A stretch of DNA of 64,000 nucleotides from the NCBI GenBank assembly GCA_008632985.1, contig QPGO01000097.1, forward strand, positions 62,001 to 126,000, written 5' to 3'. Shown piece by piece: positions 51,776 through 62,669 of this stretch (position 1 is the stretch's first letter; every line of letters begins with the position of its first letter). Under the pieces are notes generated by a model, which was not told the origin of the DNA, did not search any database, and saw only the letters and a list, made by a program, of their open reading frames with translations. The position numbers and the translations under genes are program-made. The DNA is from Psammoneis japonica (lineage: Eukaryota).

Positions 51776-52141
51776 CATTGTTGGTCTCCTGCTCTTTAAA
51801 CCAATGTCTGACGAGAATGCAGTGGGCATGTGTTGTTCATGGCATCTGGCATTTGAAAATGGAACTGACTTTTCGTGGAGCACCTTCATCACACGGGAAA
51901 GTGCGAGAGTCAATTTCCAGCGATTGGGTGGTGACTGACGTTCACCCCCATTCTAGGCCCCCAAAAGTGTGGTGAACTTCGCATCTGTGTGCTGTTAGTC
52001 AATCGAAGTGGGTGTTTGGACGGGGGTTAATTTTTACACGTGGCATCATGGAGCTGGGACGGAAAGCCGGGAAAGAAGCGACAGAGCAGGGCGCGCGCAG
52101 GTGCGCACCGGTAGACGGACCTACCGTAGGTCAATGGTTCA

Positions 52142-52256
52142 AGCGAGTCCCGAATGGACGAAACCATTTTGAGTCCCGAACACTTTACCAAAATTTTGGT
52201 AAAGTTTACCAAAATTTTGGTAAAGTATTCGGGACTCGTATTATTCGGGACTCGCT
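52142..52256. repeat. 115-bp nested palindromic element
   Basis: Outer perfect IR AGCGAGTCCCGAAT/ATTCGGGACTCGCT, inner IR GAGTCCCGAA/TTCGGGACTC, and the 22-bp palindrome CTTTACCAAAATTTTGGTAAAG duplicated in tandem. Confidence 0.92.
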
Positions 52257-52386
52257 ACTCTCCTACCGTAGAATGAACTCTACCGCCCGGTAGTTCCTAC
52301 TGTACATACTCATACCGTAGATAAGACAGATTTTGTCGTCGCGAACATCCACATCCCACATCCCACTTCGAACCATCGCATCGACC

Positions 52387-53049
52387 ATGGAGCCCCCTAC
52401 CGGCACCGAAAGCGATCCGTTAGCGACCGAAGCGCCTACAACAGCTGCAGGGGTTGCATTGAGTTCGATAGAGCAGGTAAGTCATGGACAAAACAGTGAG
52501 GTACTGAACGTTTGGGTATCATTCACTCAACGAGCTTGCCGATGCTGCGTGTTCAATTTCTTTGGCCTATGTCAGACTGCGGCAGCCAAGAAGCGATCGC
52601 CATCAGATTTCCTAAAGTCTGTGCTGGGGCGTCCAGTTAAAGTGAAATTGAATTCGGGAACAGAATATCGCGGTAAGTTTCTTTCTCCTTCCCTACTTGG
52701 TGTCTTTTTTGTGCGTTGTGCATACGGAGCTCAAACTCTTGCCTCTCGTGTGTGTTTCTGTGTTTCTGGCTGTTGTAAAATTCACCCGCTTTTAGGAGTA
52801 TTAGCATGTCTCGATGGGTACATGAATATTGCCATGGAGCAAACTGAGGAATTTGTCGATGGACAGCTCAAGGCAAAGTATGGGGATTGCTTCATTCGCG
52901 GAAACAATGGTGAGACGGCCGCACAGTTCTTTTTGGTGGTTTTTTCGCAGCTTTACGCGCTTGCTCAATAGTTCTCATTGCGGTTTCTTGTGCATCGGAA
53001 TGCTCTTGATATTGTAGTTCTTTACATTTCAGCACAAAAAAGAAAATAA
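52387..53049 (+). CDS. LSM6: U6 snRNA-associated Sm-like protein LSm6 (exons 52387-52476, 52576-52672, 52796-52909, 53018-53049)
   Basis: Three GT-AG introns give PSDFLKSVLGRPVKVKLNSGTEYRGVLACLDGYMNIAMEQTEE...YGDCFIRGNNVLYISAQKRK. Confidence 0.95.
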
Positions 53050-53394
53050 AGAAGTGGAAGGGGCTGCTTTATACAGCGCAGGTATCCACACTGTCGAGAC
53101 TAGCTTTCGAGAAAGATTTCGTGGGATACGACTTACGACGACGGTGCTGGGAGCAGCTTTTTTCGGTTGTTTTGGATTGGGAATTGAGAGTTTTGGTCTA
53201 CTAGCTTTCGTTGACTAAAATCTGAGTGTGGCTGGTAATGCAATCAAGTTTATGCTAACATCTAGGTGCGGCTGGTAATGCAATCAAGCTTATGCTGATG
53301 TACGTCCTCAAAAACAGCTACTTTGATGTTTATCTCTATCGAATCAATGCTACGGTTGATACGTTGATGTCACTCGCTTCTCTGCAGTGCGGAG

Positions 53395-54730
53395 TTAATC
53401 GAAACGCTTTTCGGGGTCGTGAGCTTCTCCTCGGACCATGGCGAGATCAGCCTCCACCATTTCTTTCACGAGCTCTTCAAAAGTTGTTGTCGCAGACCAC
53501 CCGAGTCGCTCCTTGGCTTTGGAAGGGTCGCCGAGAAGGAGATCAACTTCAGTAGGACGAAAGTAACGAGGGTCAATCCTGACGATGATCCGGCTTTCGT
53601 CATTGGCATCCACGCCCACCTCGTCTACCGTACCAGCTGGTCCAACCCATTTGACAGGAATATCAACGTGTTTGAATGCCTTCTCCACAAACTCCCGCAC
53701 AGTATGGGTTTCTCCACTGGCAAGGACATAGTCATCAGGCTCGTCGTGTTGGAGCATCATCCACATCCCCTCAACATAGTCACGGGCGTGTCCCCAATCA
53801 CGCTTCGCATCAATGTTTCCGAGGTACAAGGTCTTTTCGAGACCTTCCTTGATACGAGCGACTCCAGTGGTGATCTTGCGAGTCACAAAGGTGCGACCAC
53901 GGCGGGGAGACTCGTGGTTGAATAGAATCCCATTGGTCAAGTGCATACCGTAAGCTTCGCGGTAGTTGACAAGGATCCAGAAAGCGTACTGCTTGGCAAC
54001 CGCATAAGGAGAACGGGGATAAAACGGTGTAGTCTCTGACTGCGGCACTTCCCGGACCTTTCCATAAAGCTCACTAGTACTAGCTTGATAGAATTTGACG
54101 TCGTGTTCTAGACCGCAGGCCCGAATCGCGTCAAGCATGCGAAGAACGCCAACACCGTCACAGTCAGCGGTGTATTCGGGCATATCAAACGATACTTTGA
54201 CGTGAGACATTGCTCCGAGATTGTAGATTTCGGTGGGCTTGACGTTCGAGATGATCGTGATGAGATTCGTGGCGTCACAAAGATCTCCATAGTGCAAGAA
54301 CATCTTGACCCCCGTCTCGTGGCGATCCCTGTAAATGTGGTCGATTCTTCCCGTGTTGAAGCACGAGGAACGACGGACAATGCCGTGGACCTGCGAAACA
54401 ACGAGAACGAGGATACAAAGGCAATGGTGAGTCACCCCATATCATAAAATCGTTTTTAGTAGCGAAATCACCCATGGACAGCAGCCAGAAACGACGCGTA
54501 TGGTGTTCTTGCATCGCTGTGGTGCGCAATGACTGCGGGTCTTTTTCTGCCAATCCCCAGTACCTGACGCGTACGATTCCACGCAGGTAACCATCAGTCA
54601 TGAAAGATTCAAGCTTCTTATCGATTGTACTCACAGTGTAACCCTTCTCCAGAAGAAACTCGGTGAGATAAGAGCCATCCTGGCCAGTTATACCAGTAAT
54701 CAATGCAACCTTGCGCTCTTCTTCCGCCAT
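53395..54730 (-). CDS. GMD: GDP-mannose 4,6-dehydratase (exons 54730-54635, 54390-53395)
   Basis: [33 protein letters not shown] and [12 protein letters not shown] motifs; GTGAGT...CAG intron. Confidence 0.97.
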
Positions 54731-55134
54731 TTTTACTTTTTCTGTGTTGTTTGACGACCCCTGCTTCGTCCTCCGAAGTTTTTTGTGCGGATTTTGTTGG
54801 CGGGTCTTTTGACTTTTGACGCCCAACCGACGATGGGCAAATCCAACGCATAGTAGCGGGATATTGCACCTTAAGCACTGGAGAAGCCTATATTTCTGTA
54901 ATTTACAAATACTTTCATTGTAGAAAATATATTTATTAAAAAAAGACTCAGTTCTTCCTTCGTCCGTGTTTTGCCACGATTGACGCATGAGCTAGCCCTA
55001 CCAAGGCCAGTTTGACCTACACTCTAGCCCTGCTGCATCGTCAAGACTCTCTATCTCTGGAAAATAGAATGACGTATATATTATCGAATTGCAGAAACTT
55101 GCAGTGCGTAGCTTCATCATTGATTTAATCATTT

Positions 55135-55908
55135 CTAATTCTCAAGAGCAATTCTGGGCCATTCCATTTTATGTTGCGCTTGGTCCCAGAACATGTGTTC
55201 AAGCTTGCAAGACATGATGAAATGTTTCTCCATCTCTTTCAATGTGGACTCATCTACCGTTTTGCACACGCGGTCGACCATCTCAATGTAATCTTTCACC
55301 TCCTTTTCAAACTCTTCACCGCCGTACATGTCAATCCAAGCATCAAACTGTGGCGGTCTCTTGACACTGAAAACACAAAATTCACGCGTGAGACAAACCA
55401 ACTGATATACGTAAAAATATCAAGTAGTTGAACGAGAAACGCATTCCTACCTGCTGCCGAGATCCTTGCGCAGCTTGAGCATACATTTTCCAACATGCAT
55501 ATAAACCCAAAAGCAGGGAAGCAACACCGCGAGGCCTTCTGCGTGGCACTTTGTTGCTACAACACGCTTCATATACGATGTATACAAGAGGCAGTTTGGC
55601 ATTTGCTCCACTCCTTCCGCTGAAATTTCCCACTGAACCATGAAGCTTCGATGGAGTTCCATTTCAGCATCCTCCGCGCCCTTGGCGAACGCGTTGAGAC
55701 GATCGGCGTCAGTAGCGGACACGCCTTTGTTTGACGCCAGACGTCTCAGACAATCCGCAAAGTCACCCAAATAAAGGGCGTCCTGAACAACGTAATACCG
55801 GAAGCAGTCCATCTCGAGGCTTCCGTTTACCATGGACACCAGGAAAGGGTGACGCTCAGTCACGGCTATTAAGCTAGCCGCTGCATCCCAAAAGGATTGA
55901 GCCGACAT
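55135..55908 (-). CDS. TENA: TenA/THI-4 family thiamine-salvage aminohydrolase (exons 55908-55451, 55366-55135)
   Basis: HPFL, FRYYVVQDALYL, LLPCFWVY (catalytic Cys), WIDMY and LEHMFWDQA motifs. Confidence 0.93.
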
Positions 55909-56454
55909 GCTTGTTTCGATGTCGATCAAGCTTATACTCACCGTTAATGTAGATTGCTCAACCGGTCTCGGTGTCGAAGGGACAGGATGAGGTGAATGCT
56001 GGTTGGAGGTTGTAGAGTACAGAGGAGAAGATGAGCAAAGGAAAAAGGGATATGATGGCTTTGCATGCATCATGCATCGCATGTCGGCGGTTGTTGGCAC
56101 GTCACGTCATCCATTTTTTTGGGAGTGCTGACAACACGTACGACACGACACCAACTTACCGGTACGTGTTGCTGGGGGTGGCGGATTTGTGAGAGAGACG
56201 GGGGATACTGGATACTGTACAGTACGTTGAAGTTCAACATGATGATGTCATCAGTTTTATCATAATATATGGACATGTAAAGCCTTTGAAAAATGTCAAG
56301 ATCCATCAAAGATCGCAATTGAGATGAGAGTTCTCGTTCTTTCTTCGTTCTCTGTTCTCTGTTCTCTCCGGGAGGGATTTCCCACAAATATGAATAACAG
56401 TCAACTATCCGCAATAAATTAACCCAATCGACCTCTGACTGCAGTTATATCACT

Positions 56455-57993
56455 ATGCTATCTGGTTTGAGTAGACACATCGGAATCTCCAGTTTCCGCA
56501 GGGCGGCTGTCCCAACACTCGGCGCCATTCGCCATCTAAATGTCCATGAGCACAGCAGTATGGAGCTGATGAATAAGTACAGCATTACAACTCCAGAGGC
56601 ATATGTAGCAACGACGCCAGAAGAAGCAGAGTTGCATTACACGAAGAGTCTTCAGGAAGGTGCGTTTCACTCGCTCGCGTAAAAGCAGCTCGTTGCCGTC
56701 TCATCGTGCGACTCACAGCATGAAGACGTTCTCTTGTCGGACTCTCACACTCGCAGCCAATCAGCCCTCCAAAGAAGCGGTCATCAAGGCACAGGTTCTC
56801 TCTGGCGGACGCGGGCTTGGGCACTTCAAGAACGGTTTTGAAGGCGGTGTGCATATGGTTACCAAACCAGGATTGGCCCGTGAATTTGCGGAGAAAATGC
56901 TGGGGGAAGAACTCGTTACAAAGCAGTGTCCAAACGGTGTCGTCTGCAACAAGGTCTTTCTAATGGAACGCATTTATCCAAAGAGAGAAATGTACCTTTC
57001 AATCTTGATGGACCGTCGCAGCGGTGGACCGCTCATCGTTGCGAGTCCCCGCGGCGGCACATCCATCGAGGATGTTGCCAAAACGAATCCGGAAGCCATC
57101 TTCTCTGACCCCATCGACATTGTATTGGGCTTGACGCAAGACCAATGCAAGCAAATGGCGCGAAATCTAGGTATGCAAGAGGGCACCCCCGTATTTGAAA
57201 ACACCGTGAAGCTCATGATGAACCTTTACGAGATGTTCATTTCATGCGATTGCACCCAGGTTGAGGTGAATCCCTTGACGGAAACTATAGATGGAGAGGT
57301 TGTGGTTTGCGATGCCAAGGTGAATTTTGATGACAGGGCTGAAAACCGTCAGAAAGAAATCTTTGCTTGGCGTGACTATTCACAGGAAGACCCCCGTGAA
57401 GTGGAGGCGGGCAAATACGGGCTCAAGTATATATCGCTTGATGGCAGCATTGGCTGCATGGTCAACGGCGCTGGACTAGCGATGGCAACAATGGATCTCA
57501 TAAAGCTCAAAGGGAAGTCTCCGGCCAACTTCTTGGATGTTGGAGGTGGCAATACTGAGGAAGCAGTGAAGAAGGCCTTTGAGATTTTGAACGAAGACGA
57601 GAAAGTAAAGGTGATTCTGGTAAATATCTTCGGTGAGTTTGCAGCAATGAAAATTCTTGTTGTAAGTCTCTGTATTCTAACATTTTTCTGTCGCTAGGTG
57701 GAATAATGCGTTGTGACATGATATCAAATGGCATAATCCATGCCGTAGAAAATGTTGGTGTCAACAAGCCTGTTGTAATCAGGCTGCAAGGCACCAACGT
57801 GGAGAAAGCACGGACTATGATAAAAAGTTCTGGCTTTCGCTTCATTCTTGCTCATGATATGGGAGAAGCCGCCTCTAAGGCTGTGGCCGTGGCAGATATT
57901 GCTGAAGCTACAGAGACATTAAGTTTGGATGCACTTTTGAACCAAGTAGAGGAACGCTTGGAGGCAAGTGCATCGAAAACTCAGAAGCAGTGA
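56455..57993 (+). CDS. Mitochondrial succinyl-CoA ligase beta subunit (exons 56455-56659, 56757-57632, 57698-57993)
   Basis: Presequence then LNVHEH, KAQVLSGGRGLG, MVNGAGLAMATMD, ANFLDVGGG, NIFGGIMRCD and RLQGTN motifs. Confidence 0.96.
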
Positions 57994-58136
57994 TCGCTCT
58001 AGAGTTTATTATCTGTATCCAAGTGCCCGATCTCAACGTAGTGTACCGGTACCGTCTATGATAAAGTCCATCCAATAAAAGTTAACCAGCGCGTACGTAG
58101 TATGGTTTATGCGTCGTCTATTGTTTTCCGGTGTAA

Positions 58137-59543
58137 CTACCATCTGCCCGCTCGACCGCGTGTTCCCATGCCGCCCCCGAAAGTCGTGTGGCCACTGTGA
58201 CTACCCCCGCCGTGAGTTCGACTTTGGTGGGAAGGATTGTTCCGCGTAAAGCTGGGATCACGTTCCAGAGAACCTTCGTAATTTGGCTGCGTCCATCTTT
58301 GGATTTCTCGCTGACTTACGTACTGCGGGAAACGTGCACCAAGTCTCAACAACCTGAAATTTCTCTCACGATTGAATTGCTGCACCACTACGTCACCGTT
58401 GTTTCCATCAATGCCTTGACGCTGCCGAAGTGTATCGTCTCGAGGTATATGAGACGGTGCTACATTTCCCACATCTTGTTGACAAATAGGACATCGCCGG
58501 ACATTGCCCGAACCGCTTGAAACCCATTCTGACCAACATGTTTCATCAAACACATGACCACAACGGAGCAATTTCAATGGTAACCCATCACTTCCAATAA
58601 ATTTCGGAACTAATCGCTCGTTCGTCGTTTCATTTGCATCTTGTGTTTGGGAGGTATCATTGACAAAGCTTTCGAGACAGATGGGACAAGAAGTGCACTG
58701 GTATCTTCCTTGGAGTGCTTCGGCACGACTACGATCGATTTGACTCAGCTGGCTTTGAACTTGAGCGTACTCGCGCTGACGACGCTGATCTTGTCTTAAC
58801 TTGAAAACGAATGTGATGCCGATAAAAGCAAATACGAAGAGAGCAAGAAAGTCTTCCAAAGAATCCCGCACTCTTTCTTTGAATGCAGGTTCTCCCGATT
58901 GGATAAAGGCCGCAATGTCATCCACAGCTTGCTTCAGGGCCTTCCCAGTTTTAACCTGCCGCATGAGAGGCTTCATATCGTTTATAACTTTGTCCAGTCT
59001 GTGGTCCGTAAGAACGCCCTTTAGGGCGTCACCGGTGGAGATGTAAATTACACGATCGCTGATGCTCAAGAATATCAATATTCCAGTACCACCACAAGGT
59101 GTGACTTGTCCAACTCCCCAAAGATTGTGCACTTCGGATGCTGTCTTCGCTGCAGCTAAAGAAATCTCCTCGTCTGAATCGGATGAATGAAAGGCGCCTA
59201 TTGGCATCACCTCAACAACTGCGACCGCTATTTGTACGGGAACAGATTCGTCTTTACACTGAATAGTCTGAGAGTCCTCAAAGGCGTCAATCGCATCAGC
59301 GAGAGCTTCGACGTCTGATCTACCAACAATCAAGGAGTCTGGGTCGCATATTCGCGGGGAGTATATGCCACAAGTGCTGGGGTCTGATTCCGGGATTGGA
59401 AGGTGTTTGGAAATCCAATCGCTCGTTGATGAGGGTTTCCGGACTTCCTGGATACCTGCTTCGTCTCCTCCCGCCGAAACCAACAAGCAGGGTGGGATTT
59501 CGAAGAAAAGAAAGAGAGATAGAACAAATGCTGATGTCTTCAT
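58137..59543 (-). CDS. Signal peptide, TPM domain, transmembrane helix and RING finger protein
   Basis: ICDPD, HNLWGVG and GILIFLSISDR (TPM/MOLO-1-like); TM at about aa 232-247; CPICLESF...LRCGHVFDETCW...CPIC; Gly-rich tail ending GRW. Confidence 0.88.
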   Translation of the reverse strand: MKTSAFVLSLFLFFEIPPCLLVSAGGDEAGIQEVRKPSSTSDWISKHLPIPESDPSTCGIYSPRICDPDSLIVGRSDVEALADAIDAFEDSQTIQCKDESVPVQIAVAVVEVMPIGAFHSSDSDEEISLAAAKTASEVHNLWGVGQVTPCGGTGILIFLSISDRVIYISTGDALKGVLTDHRLDKVINDMKPLMRQVKTGKALKQAVDDIAAFIQSGEPAFKERVRDSLEDFLALFVFAFIGITFVFKLRQDQRRQREYAQVQSQLSQIDRSRAEALQGRYQCTSCPICLESFVNDTSQTQDANETTNERLVPKFIGSDGLPLKLLRCGHVFDETCWSEWVSSGSGNVRRCPICQQDVGNVAPSHIPRDDTLRQRQGIDGNNGDVVVQQFNRERNFRLLRLGARFPQYVSQREIQRWTQPNYEGSLERDPSFTRNNPSHQSRTHGGGSHSGHTTFGGGMGTRGRAGRW

Positions 59544-59968
59544 CTGTTTAGAAAGTTGGTTGTGACTCGTCGCTATTCGCTATTCGCTGTTGAGTTGAAT
59601 GTTGGTTCAACCAAGGTTTGGGGTGATGCACGATGCACGCATTATCCTTCTGTCAAATCGTTTGCGGGACTGAAGAAGAATCTGAGTCATGGCAAATGTG
59701 TTACTGTCTTAGCCGTAGCAAATTCCGTATGTAGAAAAATGCTATCTACCGGTACATACGGTTTGACATACAAGGTGTGACACGTGGCAGTCTGTACCGC
59801 GTACGTTCGCCGTACGTACGCCACCCGGAATCGAATGTTTCGCTTGTCGCTCGGTCGCATCTTTTTCTTTTCTGGCGCAGTTTGGCGACGCTAACAAATA
59901 ACAATGTTGGGCACCATGACACCGTGTAGCATTTGACGAAATCATCAAGTACCACGAAGAACGAAAGC

Positions 59969-61774
59969 ATGTTACCAAGAAGATCCTCAAGAAAGAAACC
60001 TGTCTTGACGTGCTTTAATATTTTCCTCGTCTTGACCGGGTTCCAAACACTCGTACTTTTAGTACTTGGCTTTCTTTCAGACCGCGTTACGCTGGGTTCT
60101 TTGAGTGAACTTGAGAACTTGGTCATGTCGAATTTTCATCCAGTCAACAACGACGATGATGATGACCTGATTGAAATGGAGGAAATGATCGTAGATCACA
60201 CTGAGAAACGTTTAGAGGGGGGACTACAGGACGAAGATACGGGGCCTCCTCTCGACGACTACTACTCTCGTCAACATTTCTCAAATCCAGTTCCCGTCAT
60301 CATTGGGGGAACAGATGGTAGTGGAACTCGTGCTTTTGCTGATGTGCTTGCAAAGTTGGGCGTACCGATGATAATTGATGACCCAGTTTCGCTAGATGTG
60401 CATGCACAAATGATGCTTGGCGGGGAAGGGTGGCCACCGCTCGCCCGAATGGTGCTTCGGGAAACACATTCTGCCAACTATGAATTAGAGGATCTGGCCA
60501 GTGACACCACTAAGGTTGCTTTGTTTGAGTTGGATCATCTTCACGCCAGTTTCAGTAACCGTTACAGCGCTCTCATGTACAAGGCACGAAGTCGCAACGT
60601 ACAAGTTGCGTCCAAAGTCACTTATGGCTACAAGGCGCCAGTGACAATGCTGGCATTGCCTCTTCTTAAGCAAATTCACTCTGACAATGGCTTCAAGTTT
60701 ATACATGTAGTCCGAGATGGGCGAGACGTGTCTTTGAGCAAGAACAAATCTCCCATTGAGAAGTTTTACGAAGATTCGTATACAGATGGCAAAAACCGAC
60801 TATTAAAATACAAAGGAACCGAAATGGAGCCAGTCTTGGGGATGCATCTCTGGAACGATTGGAATATCGGTGTTTTAGAATGGGAGCGTGGTCACGCAGA
60901 TGGTGAAAAGTTTGATTATCTCGTCATGCGGACAGAGGATTTGCTGGATCCTGAAAAGAAGTTCGAAAGTCTTCGTCAACTGGCTGATTTCTTGGGGTCG
61001 CCTAGAACCAAGAAAGATTTATGCTGTTTGAGTCGAAGGGCGGCAACAGACATGGGAACGAGTGACGTTGGTGCCCCTCGGCGTGGTAGTATATTCGATG
61101 GGCTTCGCCGTCGAAGAAGAAGTAGGGATTCTGCAAGTAACTTCCTACTAGGACAAGAAAGAGCACGAAGGCGTGACCGAATCGGCCGCACTTCGTTTTC
61201 GATCAGCGAAGTTGGTCGATGGGGCGGCGGTGGAGGTTGGGGTTCCGGTGCATTGGATACTCCACATTGGAGGAGGCAGAGGAATTTTTCTGATTTCTTA
61301 GATGCGTCCAGGCAAAGGGAGAGAGAGAGAACCGCTGCACGCTTTAAAGCAATTGGCGAGCGTGTGGGACAGAGACTTCGAATGCAAAGAGAAGCCGCCG
61401 TTGAAGTTGGAGAGGGAAGGCGACGACTCAGATTCGTGCCCAACGATCATCCAGACCCAAGAGGTCGTCTGTCACGTTTAGGGTTCGGTAGACCTTTGCC
61501 CGACAGAGTGCTTGGTGGAATACCTAAAGACAATACTGGGGAAAATCGTGATGCGTTACTTCGGCCAGGGAAAAAAGTGACGCCGGTGAATCAACGATAT
61601 GGAAAGTGGACCAAGATACTAGAGGACAAACCAAACGTGGTTGAGGAACTACACCGTGATGGAAAGGAAGGCCTTGCAGCATTTGGATACGAACCACGGG
61701 CAAGGTTCATGGACTCGCCACCAAACTCTGATTTCCAATGCGATGATCGTGTAGTGTGCGACGAAAGCAAATAA
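59969..61774 (+). CDS. Type II membrane sulfotransferase-family protein
   Basis: N-terminal TM, PAPS-binding motifs IIGGTDGSGTR and FIHVVRDGRDV, and MRTEDL; first ATG at 59969. Confidence 0.88.
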   Translation: MLPRRSSRKKPVLTCFNIFLVLTGFQTLVLLVLGFLSDRVTLGSLSELENLVMSNFHPVNNDDDDDLIEMEEMIVDHTEKRLEGGLQDEDTGPPLDDYYSRQHFSNPVPVIIGGTDGSGTRAFADVLAKLGVPMIIDDPVSLDVHAQMMLGGEGWPPLARMVLRETHSANYELEDLASDTTKVALFELDHLHASFSNRYSALMYKARSRNVQVASKVTYGYKAPVTMLALPLLKQIHSDNGFKFIHVVRDGRDVSLSKNKSPIEKFYEDSYTDGKNRLLKYKGTEMEPVLGMHLWNDWNIGVLEWERGHADGEKFDYLVMRTEDLLDPEKKFESLRQLADFLGSPRTKKDLCCLSRRAATDMGTSDVGAPRRGSIFDGLRRRRRSRDSASNFLLGQERARRRDRIGRTSFSISEVGRWGGGGGWGSGALDTPHWRRQRNFSDFLDASRQRERERTAARFKAIGERVGQRLRMQREAAVEVGEGRRRLRFVPNDHPDPRGRLSRLGFGRPLPDRVLGGIPKDNTGENRDALLRPGKKVTPVNQRYGKWTKILEDKPNVVEELHRDGKEGLAAFGYEPRARFMDSPPNSDFQCDDRVVCDESK

Positions 61775-61870
61775 AGTTGTCAACAAGAAAAGCCACAGTA
61801 CCAGAAAGCTCTCGCCTATTGCAACTTAAGAATACATCTAACTCCCGCTTGACTACCTCTCAGCCGCGCC

Positions 61871-62669
61871 TTACATGCATATCCGGTAGGTCACGTAACG
61901 TCCCGCGGTTTCGGAAGGTCTGATAATTTTAACGACCTGCCCCCTTTTCATTCCGTAGTATCTCGCCACCGGATCGTTGTGTTGGATACGTGGTAGCTGT
62001 GTTTCAGTAAGCCTGTACCGTTTGAGCAGCTCTAGCTTTTCGTTTTGAGTGAGCACCTGATGCTCCGGCACCAGCTGATGCTCCGTGATGTCCACGAGAA
62101 GCTCGGCCTCCTTGAAATGCTCAATTCGAAATGAATCGCTTACCTCTCCAATTGCTTGCTTTGCAAAGGGAGTGATGTCGACCCGAAGGATCATAATGGC
62201 ATTAGCAACGTTTTCAGCTCTCATACGGTCCGTGAAAACTTTGATTGGCTTGACTCCCACCTTCTCATCTTCCGGGAAAAAGACAAAAAGCTGATTAGCA
62301 TCGTCGTCCGCCTTTTCCTATAAAAGTGATGAAACCATAGTGAGCACCGTGTCGTTTTATGCCCGTTTTTTGATCTGCGCTTCGAATGATACGCAGTAAA
62401 CCGCTCTGAGCATTTTGGCTTACCACGAGAACAGTGAGTCCTTCTCTACTGGGATATTCACCAAATTTCTCAACAAAAGTCGAGGGGGTCATCTCTAACA
62501 TTTCTTTCGGAACGAGGTACCCACGTTTATGAAGCATAGCTGAGATCGTCTTGTACACACGAAATAATCGAGACGCCGTTGGATTCAAACCGCCCCGAAC
62601 GGACGGAGCAGAAGAAGCAGCGGGATCTTCTTCTACATCCTCCATGGGCATTTCGTCCACGTCCGCCAT
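61871..62669 (-). CDS. RPB5: RNA polymerase I/II/III shared subunit RPB5 (exons 62669-62424, 62317-61871)
   Basis: ELLVDITEHQLVPEH, QLPRIQHNDPVARYYG and KIIRPSETAGRYVTYR motifs. Confidence 0.97.

Noticed and set aside
8300..52000. Hundreds of overlapping Cys/His-rich ORFs in all six frames
   Set aside because: They follow from loss of TAA/TAG stops and Tyr-to-Cys/His conversion; they are not genes or metal-binding proteins.
8300..52000. Classical RIP, CpG deamination alone, or ADAR/APOBEC editing as the cause of the composition
   Set aside because: RIP creates TA, CpG decay cannot turn Tyr into Cys/His, and editing of RNA or cDNA would be strand-biased and would spare DNA transposons and target-site duplications.
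8300..52000. Alternative genetic code or general sequencing error
   Set aside because: Host genes in the same window use Tyr and TAA/TAG normally, and the changes are context-specific. Raw reads would still be the decisive check.
53226..53297. 40-bp-period duplication between LSM6 and GMD
   Set aside because: Real but only two imperfect copies in a 3' intergenic region, with no evidence of function.
54760..56400. TPP riboswitch next to TENA
   Set aside because: No CUGAGA aptamer core was found on the gene strand in the flanks or the intron.
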